This document shows, in pieces, positions 1 to 9,321 of a DNA stretch of 32,000 nt. Positions within the stretch are counted from its first letter, which is position 1. Each line of letters starts with the position of its first letter. Under the pieces are notes generated by a model, which saw only the letters and a program-made list of their open reading frames with translations, did no database searches and was not told where the DNA came from. Source of the stretch: Candidatus Caldarchaeum subterraneum. Its GTDB lineage: Archaea; Thermoproteota; Nitrososphaeria_A; Caldarchaeales; Caldarchaeaceae. The position numbers and the translations under genes are program-made. The stretch spans positions 4,233 through 36,232 of the forward strand of contig BA000048.1 of assembly GCA_000270325.1 (NCBI GenBank), written 5' to 3'.

Positions 1-1
1 G

Positions 2-310
2 TTGTCGGCTTTGCTGCGGTGTGTCTGCGGCGCTGCGGTGGAGGGGTTGGATGACCTGCGTGTCGCCGATGAGGTGGATGGATTGATTAGGCTTAGGTGT
101 AGGAACAGCTACTGCGAGCTTGAAGAGATTTGCGCCGTGTCTGTCTCGGAAGGAGTTGCTGATGTTAGGTTTTCACGAATGTTCAGCGAGTTCAACCTCT
201 TGTTCATGGGCCGTGACGAGCTTACGAAGAAGCTGCGAAGACTCGGGGTTAAAGTGGTCAAGGGGCTCTTCGGCGGAAAAAGTATAAAGACACGGATAAA
301 GAATTTGTAG
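2..310 (+). CDS. hypothetical protein, probably truncated at the window edge
   Basis: ORF is open from the window start and ends 2 nt before the next same-strand gene. No recognisable motif. Confidence 0.4.
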   Translation: MSALLRCVCGAAVEGLDDLRVADEVDGLIRLRCRNSYCELEEICAVSVSEGVADVRFSRMFSEFNLLFMGRDELTKKLRRLGVKVVKGLFGGKSIKTRIKNL

Positions 311-312
311 CT

Positions 313-972
313 ATGGGTTTCCGTCTTCGTGATGTTGAGATAACTTGGCTCGGTCATGACGGTTTCCGGATAACGCGGGGAAACTTCGTGGTCTACATCG
401 ACCCATACCAGATTACCGGAGGCCCGGCCGGAGACCTCGTCCTCATATCACATGACCATTTCGACCATCTCAGCCTTGACGACCTACGCAAAATTGTCTC
501 AAACAAGACGACAATCGTCGCGGCGAGAAACTGTCAAAAACAGCTTGGTGAGATAAAAGTTGCGGCGGTGAAGTATGTCTCCCCCGGTGACGAGGTTTCC
601 GTCGGAGAGGCTAAGGTTAAGGCTGTGCATGCCTACAACGTGAACAAGTTCCGTGAGCCAGGGAAAGTTTTTCACCCGAAAGAGTATGGAGGCGTGGGCT
701 TTGTTCTCACACTTGGCGGTGTCTCCATCTACCATGCAGGCGACACCGACTTCATCCCCGAGATGAAGGGCCTACGTGTGGACGTTGCCCTTCTACCCGT
801 GAGCGGAACATATGTCATGACAGCTGCGGAGGCGGTGGAGGCCGCCAAATCCATGCAAGCTAAAACCGTCATACCCATGCACTATGGCGCAATAGTTGGC
901 TCTGAGCAGGACGCGCATGAGTTCAAGCGATTGTACGGCGGGGAGACTGTGATTCTCAGCAAAGAATCCTGA
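313..972 (+). CDS. metallo-beta-lactamase-fold metal-dependent hydrolase (UPF0173-like)
   Basis: N-terminus 'ITWLGHDGFRI', HxHxDH-type motif 'SHDHFDH', later 'HAGDT' and 'PMHYG'. The 219 aa size is typical of the archaeal/bacterial UPF0173 MBL family. Confidence 0.8.
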   Translation: MGFRLRDVEITWLGHDGFRITRGNFVVYIDPYQITGGPAGDLVLISHDHFDHLSLDDLRKIVSNKTTIVAARNCQKQLGEIKVAAVKYVSPGDEVSVGEAKVKAVHAYNVNKFREPGKVFHPKEYGGVGFVLTLGGVSIYHAGDTDFIPEMKGLRVDVALLPVSGTYVMTAAEAVEAAKSMQAKTVIPMHYGAIVGSEQDAHEFKRLYGGETVILSKES

Positions 973-977
973 ACACG

Positions 978-1430
978 GTGCGGTGGATGAGTGGCTGCGC
1001 TGATTCGCATGATTATTTCTACTATGGCGCGTTGAACATTTATCACAGGAGTGAGCTTCTCAAGGTGGTTGATGCTTGGCGTTGCCGTAGATGTGGCGTG
1101 CTCCGTGTCGGTGTGCGGGGGCCTGAGGTGCTGACCTCGACAGAGGGCATGCTTCCCGAGCCTGAGGATGGTAAAAAATGGATACTCCTTGTCTGCCGGC
1201 ACGGTGAGCCGCCGTGTTTCGAGCTTCTTCAGCTACGGGATGGTGAAAGCTTCGTCCACAAATGTGCCTTTGGAGAAGAAAGCTTGACGTATATAGATGG
1301 TAAAGGTGTTTTCTACGGGTTGGATGGGCCTCCTGCTACGAGATGCCATGTCTACGAGCTTGCAAAAATTTTGAAGGGATACATTGAGATTGGCAAGAAT
1401 CCTCCTGAAGTGGTTTCCCTAATCCGCTGA
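978..1430 (+). CDS. hypothetical Cys-containing protein
   Basis: 150-aa ORF directly after the MBL gene on the same strand. Has a CRRCG knuckle. Start is uncertain (GTG at 978 or ATG at 987). Confidence 0.45.
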   Translation: MRWMSGCADSHDYFYYGALNIYHRSELLKVVDAWRCRRCGVLRVGVRGPEVLTSTEGMLPEPEDGKKWILLVCRHGEPPCFELLQLRDGESFVHKCAFGEESLTYIDGKGVFYGLDGPPATRCHVYELAKILKGYIEIGKNPPEVVSLIR

Positions 1431-1850
1431 AAACCCTTCAGGCACACGTGATAAATGCTCGTGCAAAATGCGCCACTTGTCTCCGTTTTTTTCCAAAACA
1501 ACTGTGCATCTCGCCACTCCTTCCACCATCCGGCCTTCAAAAGCGTAATCATTCACGGCCATTCCACGGTAACGGAGAAGAAAACATGCAACAGCCACAT
1601 CCCCGTGATAAAATGTCTGAAAATTCTCCAAACTATATTCGAAGTCGATGAGCTGTGTTAGAAGGCTGATTTTGAGCTTGAGGGCCTCCTCTCTGCTCTG
1701 AAGCCTGTATGGCGGGAGGTCGCTGTATCTTGTGTAGCCGTGGCTGTGAAGATCGTTGAAGGTTTCCTCGTCACCTCTAATCCCAGCCTCAAGAGCCTCG
1801 ACGACGACGCGGTAAACTTCTTCAGCCTGTTTCTCCAAGCTCCACTTCAC
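1419..1850 (-). CDS. SnoaL/NTF2-like (DUF4440-like) protein
   Basis: 143 aa. The C-terminal pattern 'ARCTVVLEKNGDKWRILHEHLS' and the overall size fit the NTF2/SnoaL-like fold, judged from memory of the family. Confidence 0.55.
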   Translation of the reverse strand: MKWSLEKQAEEVYRVVVEALEAGIRGDEETFNDLHSHGYTRYSDLPPYRLQSREEALKLKISLLTQLIDFEYSLENFQTFYHGDVAVACFLLRYRGMAVNDYAFEGRMVEGVARCTVVLEKNGDKWRILHEHLSRVPEGFSAD

Positions 1851-2091
1851 CGTTCAAAATTTTCTCCTGCAGCATCAGCTCCAGCTTCTCCACATCCTCG
1901 CCACCAAGTCCATGCTGCCGCAGTTTCTCAGCATCACCCGAGTCTATCATGGCTCGCACGTTGGGGCCTCCGACGCTCTGGTAAATAACACCCTCAAACC
2001 GCGCAGCAACCCCACGCACAAACACCTGCCCCCGAACAAGCTTAAACAACCTATCGCCCTCAACACTCTCGACAACAATTTTCTCAATCAA
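1822..2091 (-). CDS. hypothetical protein
   Basis: 89-aa ORF. It overlaps the upstream gene by 8 nt and the downstream gene by 29 nt on the same strand, which looks like an operon. Confidence 0.4.
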   Translation of the reverse strand: MIEKIVVESVEGDRLFKLVRGQVFVRGVAARFEGVIYQSVGGPNVRAMIDSGDAEKLRQHGLGGEDVEKLELMLQEKILNGEVELGETG

Positions 2092-2506
2092 GCTGCCTCA
2101 CCCTCATCAGCAGAGTTTCCACACGTTTTTTCACGGGGTTTGTATCAGGCATGCGTCTAGCCCACTCCGAGAGATGCTCGGCAACTCTGTTGACGAAGGC
2201 TTTGACGTCTTTGATGTTTTTGAGGGCGGCTGATGGGATGGTGTTCAGCGAAACCTGCGCAACCGATGTTTGCATGAAGGGGCCGAATTCGTCTCGTGAA
2301 ACCTTCACCGCTATGGCTCTGCCGTCCTCCAGCATGTAGGTGACACCCGCGAGAGAAGCTATCTCCAGACCCCACTCAATCCCCGCGGGTGAAAAAGGAA
2401 GAAGCGCATGAAGCAGGGTGAGCAGATTGTTATCACTCGGCTCCTGAATAGCACGGGCATAAGCCTCGATAAACTTCTCGACCTCGTCCACAGCGACACA
2501 CCTCAA
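2084..2506 (-). CDS. hypothetical protein
   Basis: 140-aa ORF and first gene of a three-gene minus-strand string. Non-ATG start (TTG), exact start uncertain. Confidence 0.5.
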   Translation of the reverse strand: MRCVAVDEVEKFIEAYARAIQEPSDNNLLTLLHALLPFSPAGIEWGLEIASLAGVTYMLEDGRAIAVKVSRDEFGPFMQTSVAQVSLNTIPSAALKNIKDVKAFVNRVAEHLSEWARRMPDTNPVKKRVETLLMRVRQLD

Positions 2507-2519
2507 GCCACTATGATTA

Positions 2520-2996
2520 ATGTTTTATACCATCACACCTGTTTGGCATATCATGACGGAGCATGACCCTGGGAGAAAGTTTTTTCCAAAAGAGTTCAGC
2601 GACCGCGAGAGGGCCGTTTTCGAGGCGGGGATAGCTCTTGGCGCACTCTTTCACAGCTTGATCGGTCTGCCCGCGACAACTGAGACAAAGCATATTCTCG
2701 AGAAAGCGTTTGAAAAAAGCTTCAGCCTTCAGCCCTTCAGAAAAAGCGTCAAGCTCAAGCTATATGCAGTGAAGAGAAAACACGGGCCTTATGGATATGG
2801 TTCTATAGGGCCGCGGGACATCTCGGCCTCTGTCACGGTATGCTATGGGGCGGCTACGGCTGTGGCTGAGGTGAGGTATGTGGCTTCGCTGGGCTATCCA
2901 CTGATGTATGTCTCGAGAGTTAATGAGAGAAGAAGCGTCTCCTCTCCTCGTCCATATGCGCGGACTCGTGGCGCAAAAGCTCGGCGTAGTGTTTGA
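2520..2996 (+). CDS. possible archaeal dihydroneopterin aldolase (MptD/DUF381-like)
   Basis: The motif '[22 protein letters not shown]' resembles the conserved core of the archaeal MptD family as I remember it. The likely start is the internal ATG near 2553. The 3' end overlaps the convergent dnaJ by 77 nt. Confidence 0.45.
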   Translation: MFYTITPVWHIMTEHDPGRKFFPKEFSDRERAVFEAGIALGALFHSLIGLPATTETKHILEKAFEKSFSLQPFRKSVKLKLYAVKRKHGPYGYGSIGPRDISASVTVCYGAATAVAEVRYVASLGYPLMYVSRVNERRSVSSPRPYARTRGAKARRSV

Positions 2997-4032
2997 GTGC
3001 TTCTCCGCCGAGGTGCTCAGGCATCTTCAGAACAAGCCTTATCTCGAGGTCGCTCTTTCTACCGCCGGCCATAGGCGGCCCCTTGCCCCGTATAACAAGA
3101 GGCTTGTCCAAAAGCTCACGCCGCAGCTTCACCTTGATGTCGCCGTCGAAAAACGGGACGGTTATTTCACGCTGAGAAGCAACCTCGCTGGGCGCTACGG
3201 GTAAAAGCATCACCAGCCTGTTGTCCTCAAACCTGAACCATCGCCCAAGCTTTACATGCACTCTTACGAGAAGGTCTCCACGGGAGCCTGCATCCATGTC
3301 GTAAAGCCCGCGTCCACGTAGCACGAGGGTCTCGCCGTCGCCAACTCCCGGAGGAATGTTGACAACCACTTTCTCGGTCCTCGAAACCATTCCTCTTCCA
3401 CGGCAGGCCGAACAGCTTCTACGCACAACTCGTCCAGTCCCCCCACATCTGCCGCATGGCTGAACGGAGGTAAAGTAGAGGAACCCTGTTTGAACACGTT
3501 TAACAGACTGCCCCGTTCCGCCGCATTCAACACATTTGTCAACATAGCCCGGCTCACCTCCCGCTCCTCCGCACCGCTGGCACGTCTCATATGTCTCGAG
3601 GGGAATTTCCCTGACACCTCCCCTGTAGAGTTCTTCAAGCGATATCTCGACGTCGACGACGGTTGGCTGTGGACTTTTCTGCCTTCTGCCAAACCCGAAA
3701 AGCCTTTCGAAAAGCGATTCAAAGCCGCCGAAGCCGAGGTCGCGGAAAAGCTCCTCAAAGTCAAACCATCTTGAGCGGAAGATGTCCTCTGTGCTATAGG
3801 TCTGCGACACACCTGCTTTGCCGTACATGTCGTAGAGCCGTCGTTTCTCGTCATCCATCAGGACCGCGTAGGCCTCGCTTATCTCCTTAAACTTCTCCTC
3901 GGCCTCGGGGGACTTGTTTCTGTCGGGGTGATACTGGAGCGCGAGCCTCCGGTAGGCTCGTTTAATCTCCTCCTTGGTTGCGTTGCGGGGGACGCCGAGT
4001 ATCTCGTAGTAGTCTTTGTCGTTTGAGGGCAT
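2920..4032 (-). CDS. dnaJ: chaperone DnaJ (Hsp40)
   Basis: J domain 'DYYEILGV...YHPDRN' with the HPD motif. Four CxxCxGxG zinc-finger repeats ([32 protein letters not shown]). Starts 2 nt after the dnaK stop. Confidence 0.95.
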   Translation of the reverse strand: MPSNDKDYYEILGVPRNATKEEIKRAYRRLALQYHPDRNKSPEAEEKFKEISEAYAVLMDDEKRRLYDMYGKAGVSQTYSTEDIFRSRWFDFEELFRDLGFGGFESLFERLFGFGRRQKSPQPTVVDVEISLEELYRGGVREIPLETYETCQRCGGAGGEPGYVDKCVECGGTGQSVKRVQTGFLYFTSVQPCGRCGGTGRVVRRSCSACRGRGMVSRTEKVVVNIPPGVGDGETLVLRGRGLYDMDAGSRGDLLVRVHVKLGRWFRFEDNRLVMLLPVAPSEVASQREITVPFFDGDIKVKLRRELLDKPLVIRGKGPPMAGGRKSDLEIRLVLKMPEHLGGEALKHYAELLRHESAHMDEERRRFFSH

Positions 4033-4034
4033 GA

Positions 4035-5813
4035 TTAGCTCTTCTTCTGCTGGTCTTCTCTCTGTCCATAGACGGCTGTGCCTATTTTCTGCGCCGAGGC
4101 CCTGAGCTTCTCGAGAGCTGTTTTGATGGCCTGTATGTCTTTGCCTGCGAGGGCTTCCTTCAGCTTGGCGAGGTCGTCTTCAACCTCTTTCTTAGCCTCG
4201 GGAGAAACCTTGTCGCCGAACTCTTTCAAGGCTTTTTCAACGGTGTAGATGAGGCCGTCGGCTTCGTTCCGCAGCTCCGCCTCCTGCTTCTTCCTTCTAT
4301 CCTGCTCAGCGAACTGCTCAGCCTCACGTATCATTCTCTCAACCTCCTCTTTAGAGAGTCTATGTGGAGCGGTTATCTTGACGCTGACATCTTTTCCTGT
4401 GCCGAGGTCCTTGGCCGTCACCGTGAGGATACCATCGGCGTTGATGTCGAAGGTCACCTCTATCTTCGGCACACCTCTCGGCGCCGGCGGTATTCCTGAT
4501 AACGTGAACCTACCGAGAGAGACGTTGTCAGCCGCCATGGGCCTCTCCCCCTGAAGCACATGTATCTCCACGCTTGTCTGAAAATCTGCTGCGGTTGTGA
4601 ATATCTCGCTTCTCCGCACAGGAATGGTTGTGTTTCTTTCTATGATTTTGGTGAATATTCCGCCCAGCGTCTCGACACCGAGCGAAATCGGGACAACATC
4701 AAGCAAAACTATGTCCTTGTCCTTCATCTCGCCAGAGATTATCGCCGCCTGAATTGCGGCACCCATAGCTACGCACTCCATGGGGTCGACGCCGCGCTCC
4801 GGTTCCTTACCCAACACCTCTTTGATAAACTGCTGGATGATGGGCATTCTCGTGGGGCCTCCGACGAGAATTATCTTGTCTATCTCCTCGGGCTTGAGCT
4901 TGGCGTCTTGAAGAGCCTGCATCACAGGGCCTCTGCATCTTTCGACGATAGGTTTAACCAACTGCTCGAGTGTTGCCCGGTTTATGCGCATGTAGAGGTT
5001 TTTGGGCCCGCTCGAGTCGTAGGCGATGTAGGGCAGGTTTATCTCGGTCTCGGTCATCGAGGACAGCTCTATCTTAGCTCTTTCAGCGGCTTCTCTTATT
5101 CTGTTCATGGCGGATTTGTCGTTTGAGAGGTCGATGCCTGTTTCACGGCGGTAGGTGTCCACGATGTAGTCTACGAGGGCCTTGTCCATGTCTGTGCCGC
5201 CTAGCTGCGTGTCTCCCGCCGTGGCCAAAACCTCGAAAACCCCCTGCCCAAACTCCATAATCGTGACGTCAAGAGTTCCGCCCCCGAGGTCGAACACGAG
5301 AATCTTCATCTCTTGGTCAAGCTTGTTGAGTCCATAGGCTAGAGCAGCTGCCGTCGGCTCGTTGATAATCCTCACAACCTCCAACCCAGCAATCACTCCA
5401 GCATCCTTCGTCGCCTGCCGCTGATTATCGTTGAAATATGCAGGAACAGTTATGACAGCCTTTTTCACAGGCTCGCCTAGAAAAGCCTCGGCATCACGCT
5501 TAATCTTCTGGAGAAGAAAGGCGGATAGCTGCTGAGGCGTAAACTCTTTGCCATGAAGGTTGTAGCGATAGTCTGTGCCCATCCTCCGTTTCCACGCAGT
5601 CACCGTCCCCTCGGGATTGAGCACCGCCTGTCTTCTAGCAGGCTCGCCGACAAGCAGGTCGCCTTCCTTTGTTATGGCGACATATGATGGGAATGCCTTG
5701 CCGTAGAGCGTGACACCCTCGACTGAGGGTATGATGGTTGGCCTTCCGCCTATCACCACCGCAGCAGCCGAGTTACTTGTACCCAGGTCTATGCCTATAA
5801 TTTTCTCAGCCAT
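4035..5813 (-). CDS. dnaK: chaperone DnaK (Hsp70)
   Basis: Hsp70 signatures '[10 protein letters not shown]', 'DLGGGTLDV' and '[10 protein letters not shown]', plus a substrate-binding domain and helical lid. 592 aa. Confidence 0.97.
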   Translation of the reverse strand: MAEKIIGIDLGTSNSAAAVVIGGRPTIIPSVEGVTLYGKAFPSYVAITKEGDLLVGEPARRQAVLNPEGTVTAWKRRMGTDYRYNLHGKEFTPQQLSAFLLQKIKRDAEAFLGEPVKKAVITVPAYFNDNQRQATKDAGVIAGLEVVRIINEPTAAALAYGLNKLDQEMKILVFDLGGGTLDVTIMEFGQGVFEVLATAGDTQLGGTDMDKALVDYIVDTYRRETGIDLSNDKSAMNRIREAAERAKIELSSMTETEINLPYIAYDSSGPKNLYMRINRATLEQLVKPIVERCRGPVMQALQDAKLKPEEIDKIILVGGPTRMPIIQQFIKEVLGKEPERGVDPMECVAMGAAIQAAIISGEMKDKDIVLLDVVPISLGVETLGGIFTKIIERNTTIPVRRSEIFTTAADFQTSVEIHVLQGERPMAADNVSLGRFTLSGIPPAPRGVPKIEVTFDINADGILTVTAKDLGTGKDVSVKITAPHRLSKEEVERMIREAEQFAEQDRRKKQEAELRNEADGLIYTVEKALKEFGDKVSPEAKKEVEDDLAKLKEALAGKDIQAIKTALEKLRASAQKIGTAVYGQREDQQKKS

Positions 5814-5900
5814 GGCTACCTCACCTTCCTATAGTTCCAACCCATGGGTTATTGTGGTTGGATTAAAAGCTAATGCGGTATACAAACCCCGAAAAATGCG

Positions 5901-6395
5901 TCATCCGCTGGTTTGCTTACTTGGTCTCGCGACCTTGACTCTTGGGGGTTTTAGAATTTTGTCTCCCATGCGGTAGCCGTTGGACAAAACTTCCGCCACG
6001 GTGTCGACAGCCACTGTGTCGGAGTCGATGTATTCAACGGCTTCATGGTCGAAGGGGTTGAACTCTTTGCCCACCACATCCATCTTCTCCACGCCTTCTG
6101 ATGCGAGGATGTTTGTTAGCTCGCGGTAAATCATCTGGAGAGCTTGTGCAAGGGCTGGCGGAGCCTCTGATGTTTCGAGGCTTTTGACCACTCTCTCCAA
6201 ATCCTCATACACAGTTATCAGTTTCCTTAACAGCCTCTCGGCAGCCGCCTGCTCAGCACGGCTAACCTCCTTCTCCATCACACGCCGCATGTTAGCCATC
6301 TCAGCCAACGCGTAGGAAAGCCGCTCCAACAACTCCCTGTTCTGCGCCCTCAACTCCTCCAGAGACTCGGCTCCCTCACCAGACATACCATCCAT
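5901..6395 (-). CDS. grpE: nucleotide exchange factor GrpE
   Basis: Sits upstream of dnaK-dnaJ on the same strand. Coiled-coil N-terminus, then 'GKEFNPFDHEAV' and 'GYRMGDKILKPPRVKV', which are typical GrpE C-terminal motifs. Confidence 0.85.
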   Translation of the reverse strand: MDGMSGEGAESLEELRAQNRELLERLSYALAEMANMRRVMEKEVSRAEQAAAERLLRKLITVYEDLERVVKSLETSEAPPALAQALQMIYRELTNILASEGVEKMDVVGKEFNPFDHEAVEYIDSDTVAVDTVAEVLSNGYRMGDKILKPPRVKVARPSKQTSG

Positions 6396-6475
6396 AATCC
6401 GCGACCACGTCCTTTAATCCATTATCCCCCCGAATCATCAATAGGTTAAAATCAATCAAAACACCTCTCAACGAC

Positions 6476-6580
6476 GGGCCCGTGGCGCAGAATGGATAGC
6501 GCGGCGGCCTCCTAAGCCGTAGGTCGTGAGCAGAGGCACAGAAGTGCTCCGCCGATAGGGTTCAAGTCCCACCGGGCCCG
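6476..6580 (+). tRNA. tRNA-Arg (anticodon CCU) with a non-canonical ~30-nt intron in the T-arm
   Basis: Cloverleaf read by eye. Acceptor GGGCCCG/CGGGCCC, D arm GCGC-AGAATGGATA-GCGC, anticodon stem GCGGC/GCCGT, loop CTCCTAA (CCT at 6511-6513), variable AGGTC. The T arm GTGGG-TTCAAGT-CCCAC forms only if about 30 nt (roughly 6528-6557, with an internal GAGCA/TGCTC helix) are removed. No encoded CCA. Confidence 0.8.
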
Positions 6581-6630
6581 GCTTAGAGATTGATTTAAAT
6601 CGTGAGTGTTGTGACTGTGGTTGAGGCGTC

Positions 6631-8169
6631 GTGAAGAGATACGCTGTTTTTCTGCTGATTCTGGCGATTGTTTTGTCCGCTGCCTCTGTCTCGGGTCAGG
6701 AGAGTTTCTCGAGACAGGTGCATGTTGCCGACGGTGGGCTGGTCTTCGTCATGGATAATGTGCCCGTGAACTCGGTGACTGAGACGATTAAGCTCGGCTA
6801 TCCTCTGGATATGGTGAAAAACCTCGCCGGATATTACTTGCTAAACGAGCGTGGCAGATTTGTGGAGAAGAGTGATGACGTTTTTTGGCTGGAGGTTTCT
6901 CCCGAAACGGGTTGGAGTGGGAGAACAGTTTCTGTTGTGACCGTTTGGCGTGATATGCTGGTGGAGACGGGTCAGGGAAAGTATCAACTCGTAGTGCCCA
7001 GTAACCCAATCATAGAAAAGGAGTTGAGCGAGATATTTGTGACCTTCTCCTCAGATGGGACACCTACGATAAACTCTGTCTCAGGAGCTGAGATGAGCAT
7101 ATCGGGTGACAAAAGGTCGGCGAACGGCACCGTAAAAAACATACCGCCCAAACAGTTCAAGCCCCTTACAATCTACTTCGATGCTCCAGACCTTCTCCGA
7201 TACACTGTTGAACAAGCCACCATCCTATACGACCTTGAGCAAAACACGGTCTCCATCTCCATGTATGTGAAGAACCTGGGCGACGCGTCCATGAACTCGG
7301 TATCGCTGCGGCTTGGGAGAGAGGCGAAGATTGTCTCCGCCAAGTCAGGCATCTTCAATCTCGGAACAAGCTGGTCGGCCGAGACAGGCACCCTCGATGT
7401 CACATTTCTCTACAGCATAGACAGAAACGAGCGAACGTTGATAGAGGTAACATATGTTGCAAAGGAGGCTGTGGACCGGATGGGAGACAGGCTGGAGGTC
7501 AAGCTCCCATACCTCCTTAACGCATCCTACACAACGCTCTACGTGACAGTAAAAACACCGCCAGCCACGCAGGTAACAACAGAGAAGGAGCCGTGGAGCC
7601 TCAAAATCCTCGACAACAACAGAAGAGAAATCACGTTCATGTATCAAAACAAATACCTGACAGGTGGTGAAACAGTCTCCATCACGTATTCTCCGGCCTC
7701 CACGTTTCCTGTACCAGCTGTTTTGCTGGCCGCGATAGTTGTTGTGGCTGTTTTCCTCGCTGTGAAAACCACATCGGCTCCGAGAAGAACTGTGTCGCCG
7801 CAGCTGAAGAAGGCTCAGACATCCCTTGAAAATGCTTTAGACAAGCTGCTTAAGGAGCTGGAGACGCTCAAGCCCGGTGACAAACCGCTTAAAACAACTA
7901 AAGTAGGCGAAGAAGCAGTCAAGTCGCTGCGCACAGAGCTTACGGAGCTTAGGAAACTACCTGAGATGTCTCAGGCCTATCCACAGGTGGAGAAAACGGT
8001 TGAAGAAATTCTGTCCATTGTATCAGCCTTGAGCCGTTCAGCTGAGGACTATAAAGCTGGCCGGATAACGGGAGCCGTCTACCAGAAAATCTACGACGAG
8101 TATCTGAAACAGGTCAGGAGAACGGCGGGCAGGGTTCTCGAGGTGTTTGACAGGCTCATGAGGACATAG
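6631..8169 (+). CDS. secreted, C-terminally membrane-anchored surface protein (hypothetical)
   Basis: Signal-peptide-like N-terminus 'MKRYAVFLLILAIVLSAASVSGQE' with a GTG start. Beta-rich body with N-x-S/T sequons. TM helix 'VPAVLLAAIVVVAVFLAV', then a charged coiled-coil tail. Confidence 0.7.
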   Translation: MKRYAVFLLILAIVLSAASVSGQESFSRQVHVADGGLVFVMDNVPVNSVTETIKLGYPLDMVKNLAGYYLLNERGRFVEKSDDVFWLEVSPETGWSGRTVSVVTVWRDMLVETGQGKYQLVVPSNPIIEKELSEIFVTFSSDGTPTINSVSGAEMSISGDKRSANGTVKNIPPKQFKPLTIYFDAPDLLRYTVEQATILYDLEQNTVSISMYVKNLGDASMNSVSLRLGREAKIVSAKSGIFNLGTSWSAETGTLDVTFLYSIDRNERTLIEVTYVAKEAVDRMGDRLEVKLPYLLNASYTTLYVTVKTPPATQVTTEKEPWSLKILDNNRREITFMYQNKYLTGGETVSITYSPASTFPVPAVLLAAIVVVAVFLAVKTTSAPRRTVSPQLKKAQTSLENALDKLLKELETLKPGDKPLKTTKVGEEAVKSLRTELTELRKLPEMSQAYPQVEKTVEEILSIVSALSRSAEDYKAGRITGAVYQKIYDEYLKQVRRTAGRVLEVFDRLMRT

Positions 8170-9223
8170 CTGCCTCAACTGTGGAGACAACTTTCTCCGC
8201 CGGGTCCTCCATTCTCCGCAAAAGGTTTGCCGCCCTCTTCTCAGAAACATCTCTCAATTTGTCGATGGTTTTCAGCATCCGCTCCAGCTTCGACGGAAGC
8301 TGCTCAACTTTTTTCACCCTCTCAACCAACCCTTTTGACACAAGATATCTTATCACCTTGGGGGGCGTGATGGGGTAGATTGAGAGACATGGGACGCCGA
8401 GTAGGGCGGCTTCCTGAGTCATGGTTCCGCCGCCGCCGACGAAGATGAGGCTGCTGCTTAGGAGGGTTAGGTCTGTGACAGGTTTTTCGACAACCAAAGC
8501 CACGTCACCCACCCTGTCCCTGAGGTAAAGGATTTCATCAACATAGCGCGGAAGCAGCACGAGGCGGCGTGGCCTAATCATTTCCGCAACCCGCCTAGCA
8601 ACAGACGCAAACACCTCAAGCTGATACCCTGACTTGATGAGGTAGGAAGCTTTGTACTCTGGCGTCCGCACTAGGACATACTCCATGGAAACGAGGCCCA
8701 ATTCGTCGAGCGTCTGCTTATTCGGCTTGTGGTCTTTTATCCAAGCCACTGGGTCGAGGGCCCTGTATGTGATGATGTCGCCGTCTCTTACCCCGTAGGC
8801 TTTCCAAGGATGTTTCCCCACTATCCACGGTGTTGCGATTTTCTTGGAGACGGGTGCGGCGAGACGGTTGACCGGCGACTCGGGTGTGTCTGAGGCGAGG
8901 ACATGTGGCTGTGACAATCCGTAGGCTATGCGAGCGGCTTCTGGTGAGCCGCTTGAAACAGCGCAGTCAAAATCCTCCAACACATCCAGCAACCCACGCA
9001 TTCTCTCAACACTCTTTACCAGTTTCCCCCGAAGCCCCGCTCCACCGAACTCGCCTACCACATGGAAGCCCTCGAACCCGGGGTTTACAAGGAAAGAACT
9101 CAGCTGCTCATAGTTACGAGACGTGGCAACAACTCTATACCCTCTCTTAGTCAGAAGCTTAGCCACCTTTCTAAAGAACCAGAACTGCTTAGGCGTTAGA
9201 ATGTCCAGCCAAACAGTCGCCAA
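8156..9223 (-). CDS. DUF354-family protein (GT-B glycosyltransferase/epimerase-like)
   Basis: N-terminus 'VWLDILTPKQFWFFRKVAKLLTKRGYRVVATSR' and the C-terminal 'GGGGTMTQEAALLGVP' resemble archaeal DUF354/GT-B proteins, from memory. 355 aa. Confidence 0.55.
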   Translation of the reverse strand: MATVWLDILTPKQFWFFRKVAKLLTKRGYRVVATSRNYEQLSSFLVNPGFEGFHVVGEFGGAGLRGKLVKSVERMRGLLDVLEDFDCAVSSGSPEAARIAYGLSQPHVLASDTPESPVNRLAAPVSKKIATPWIVGKHPWKAYGVRDGDIITYRALDPVAWIKDHKPNKQTLDELGLVSMEYVLVRTPEYKASYLIKSGYQLEVFASVARRVAEMIRPRRLVLLPRYVDEILYLRDRVGDVALVVEKPVTDLTLLSSSLIFVGGGGTMTQEAALLGVPCLSIYPITPPKVIRYLVSKGLVERVKKVEQLPSKLERMLKTIDKLRDVSEKRAANLLRRMEDPAEKVVSTVEAAMSS

Positions 9224-9321
9224 ACAGGTCTTCCACCTCCCTAAACAACCACATCCACCGAGTATATAATTCTCTGGAAAAAGGAAAGACTAATACCTTC
9301 AAAAGCAGCGGGCATTTAGCT

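Noticed and set aside
3264-5126. Antisense and alternative-frame ORFs inside dnaJ and dnaK (for example 3264..3854 minus, 3490..3774 plus, 4249..4554 plus, 4560..5126 plus). Similar shadow ORFs lie inside other confident genes (7173..7647, 8884..9150, 11549..12553, 17911..18621, 19729..20091, 20678..22855, 23735..24196).
   Set aside because: They lie entirely within strongly supported CDSs and have biased, low-complexity compositions. They are classic shadow ORFs.
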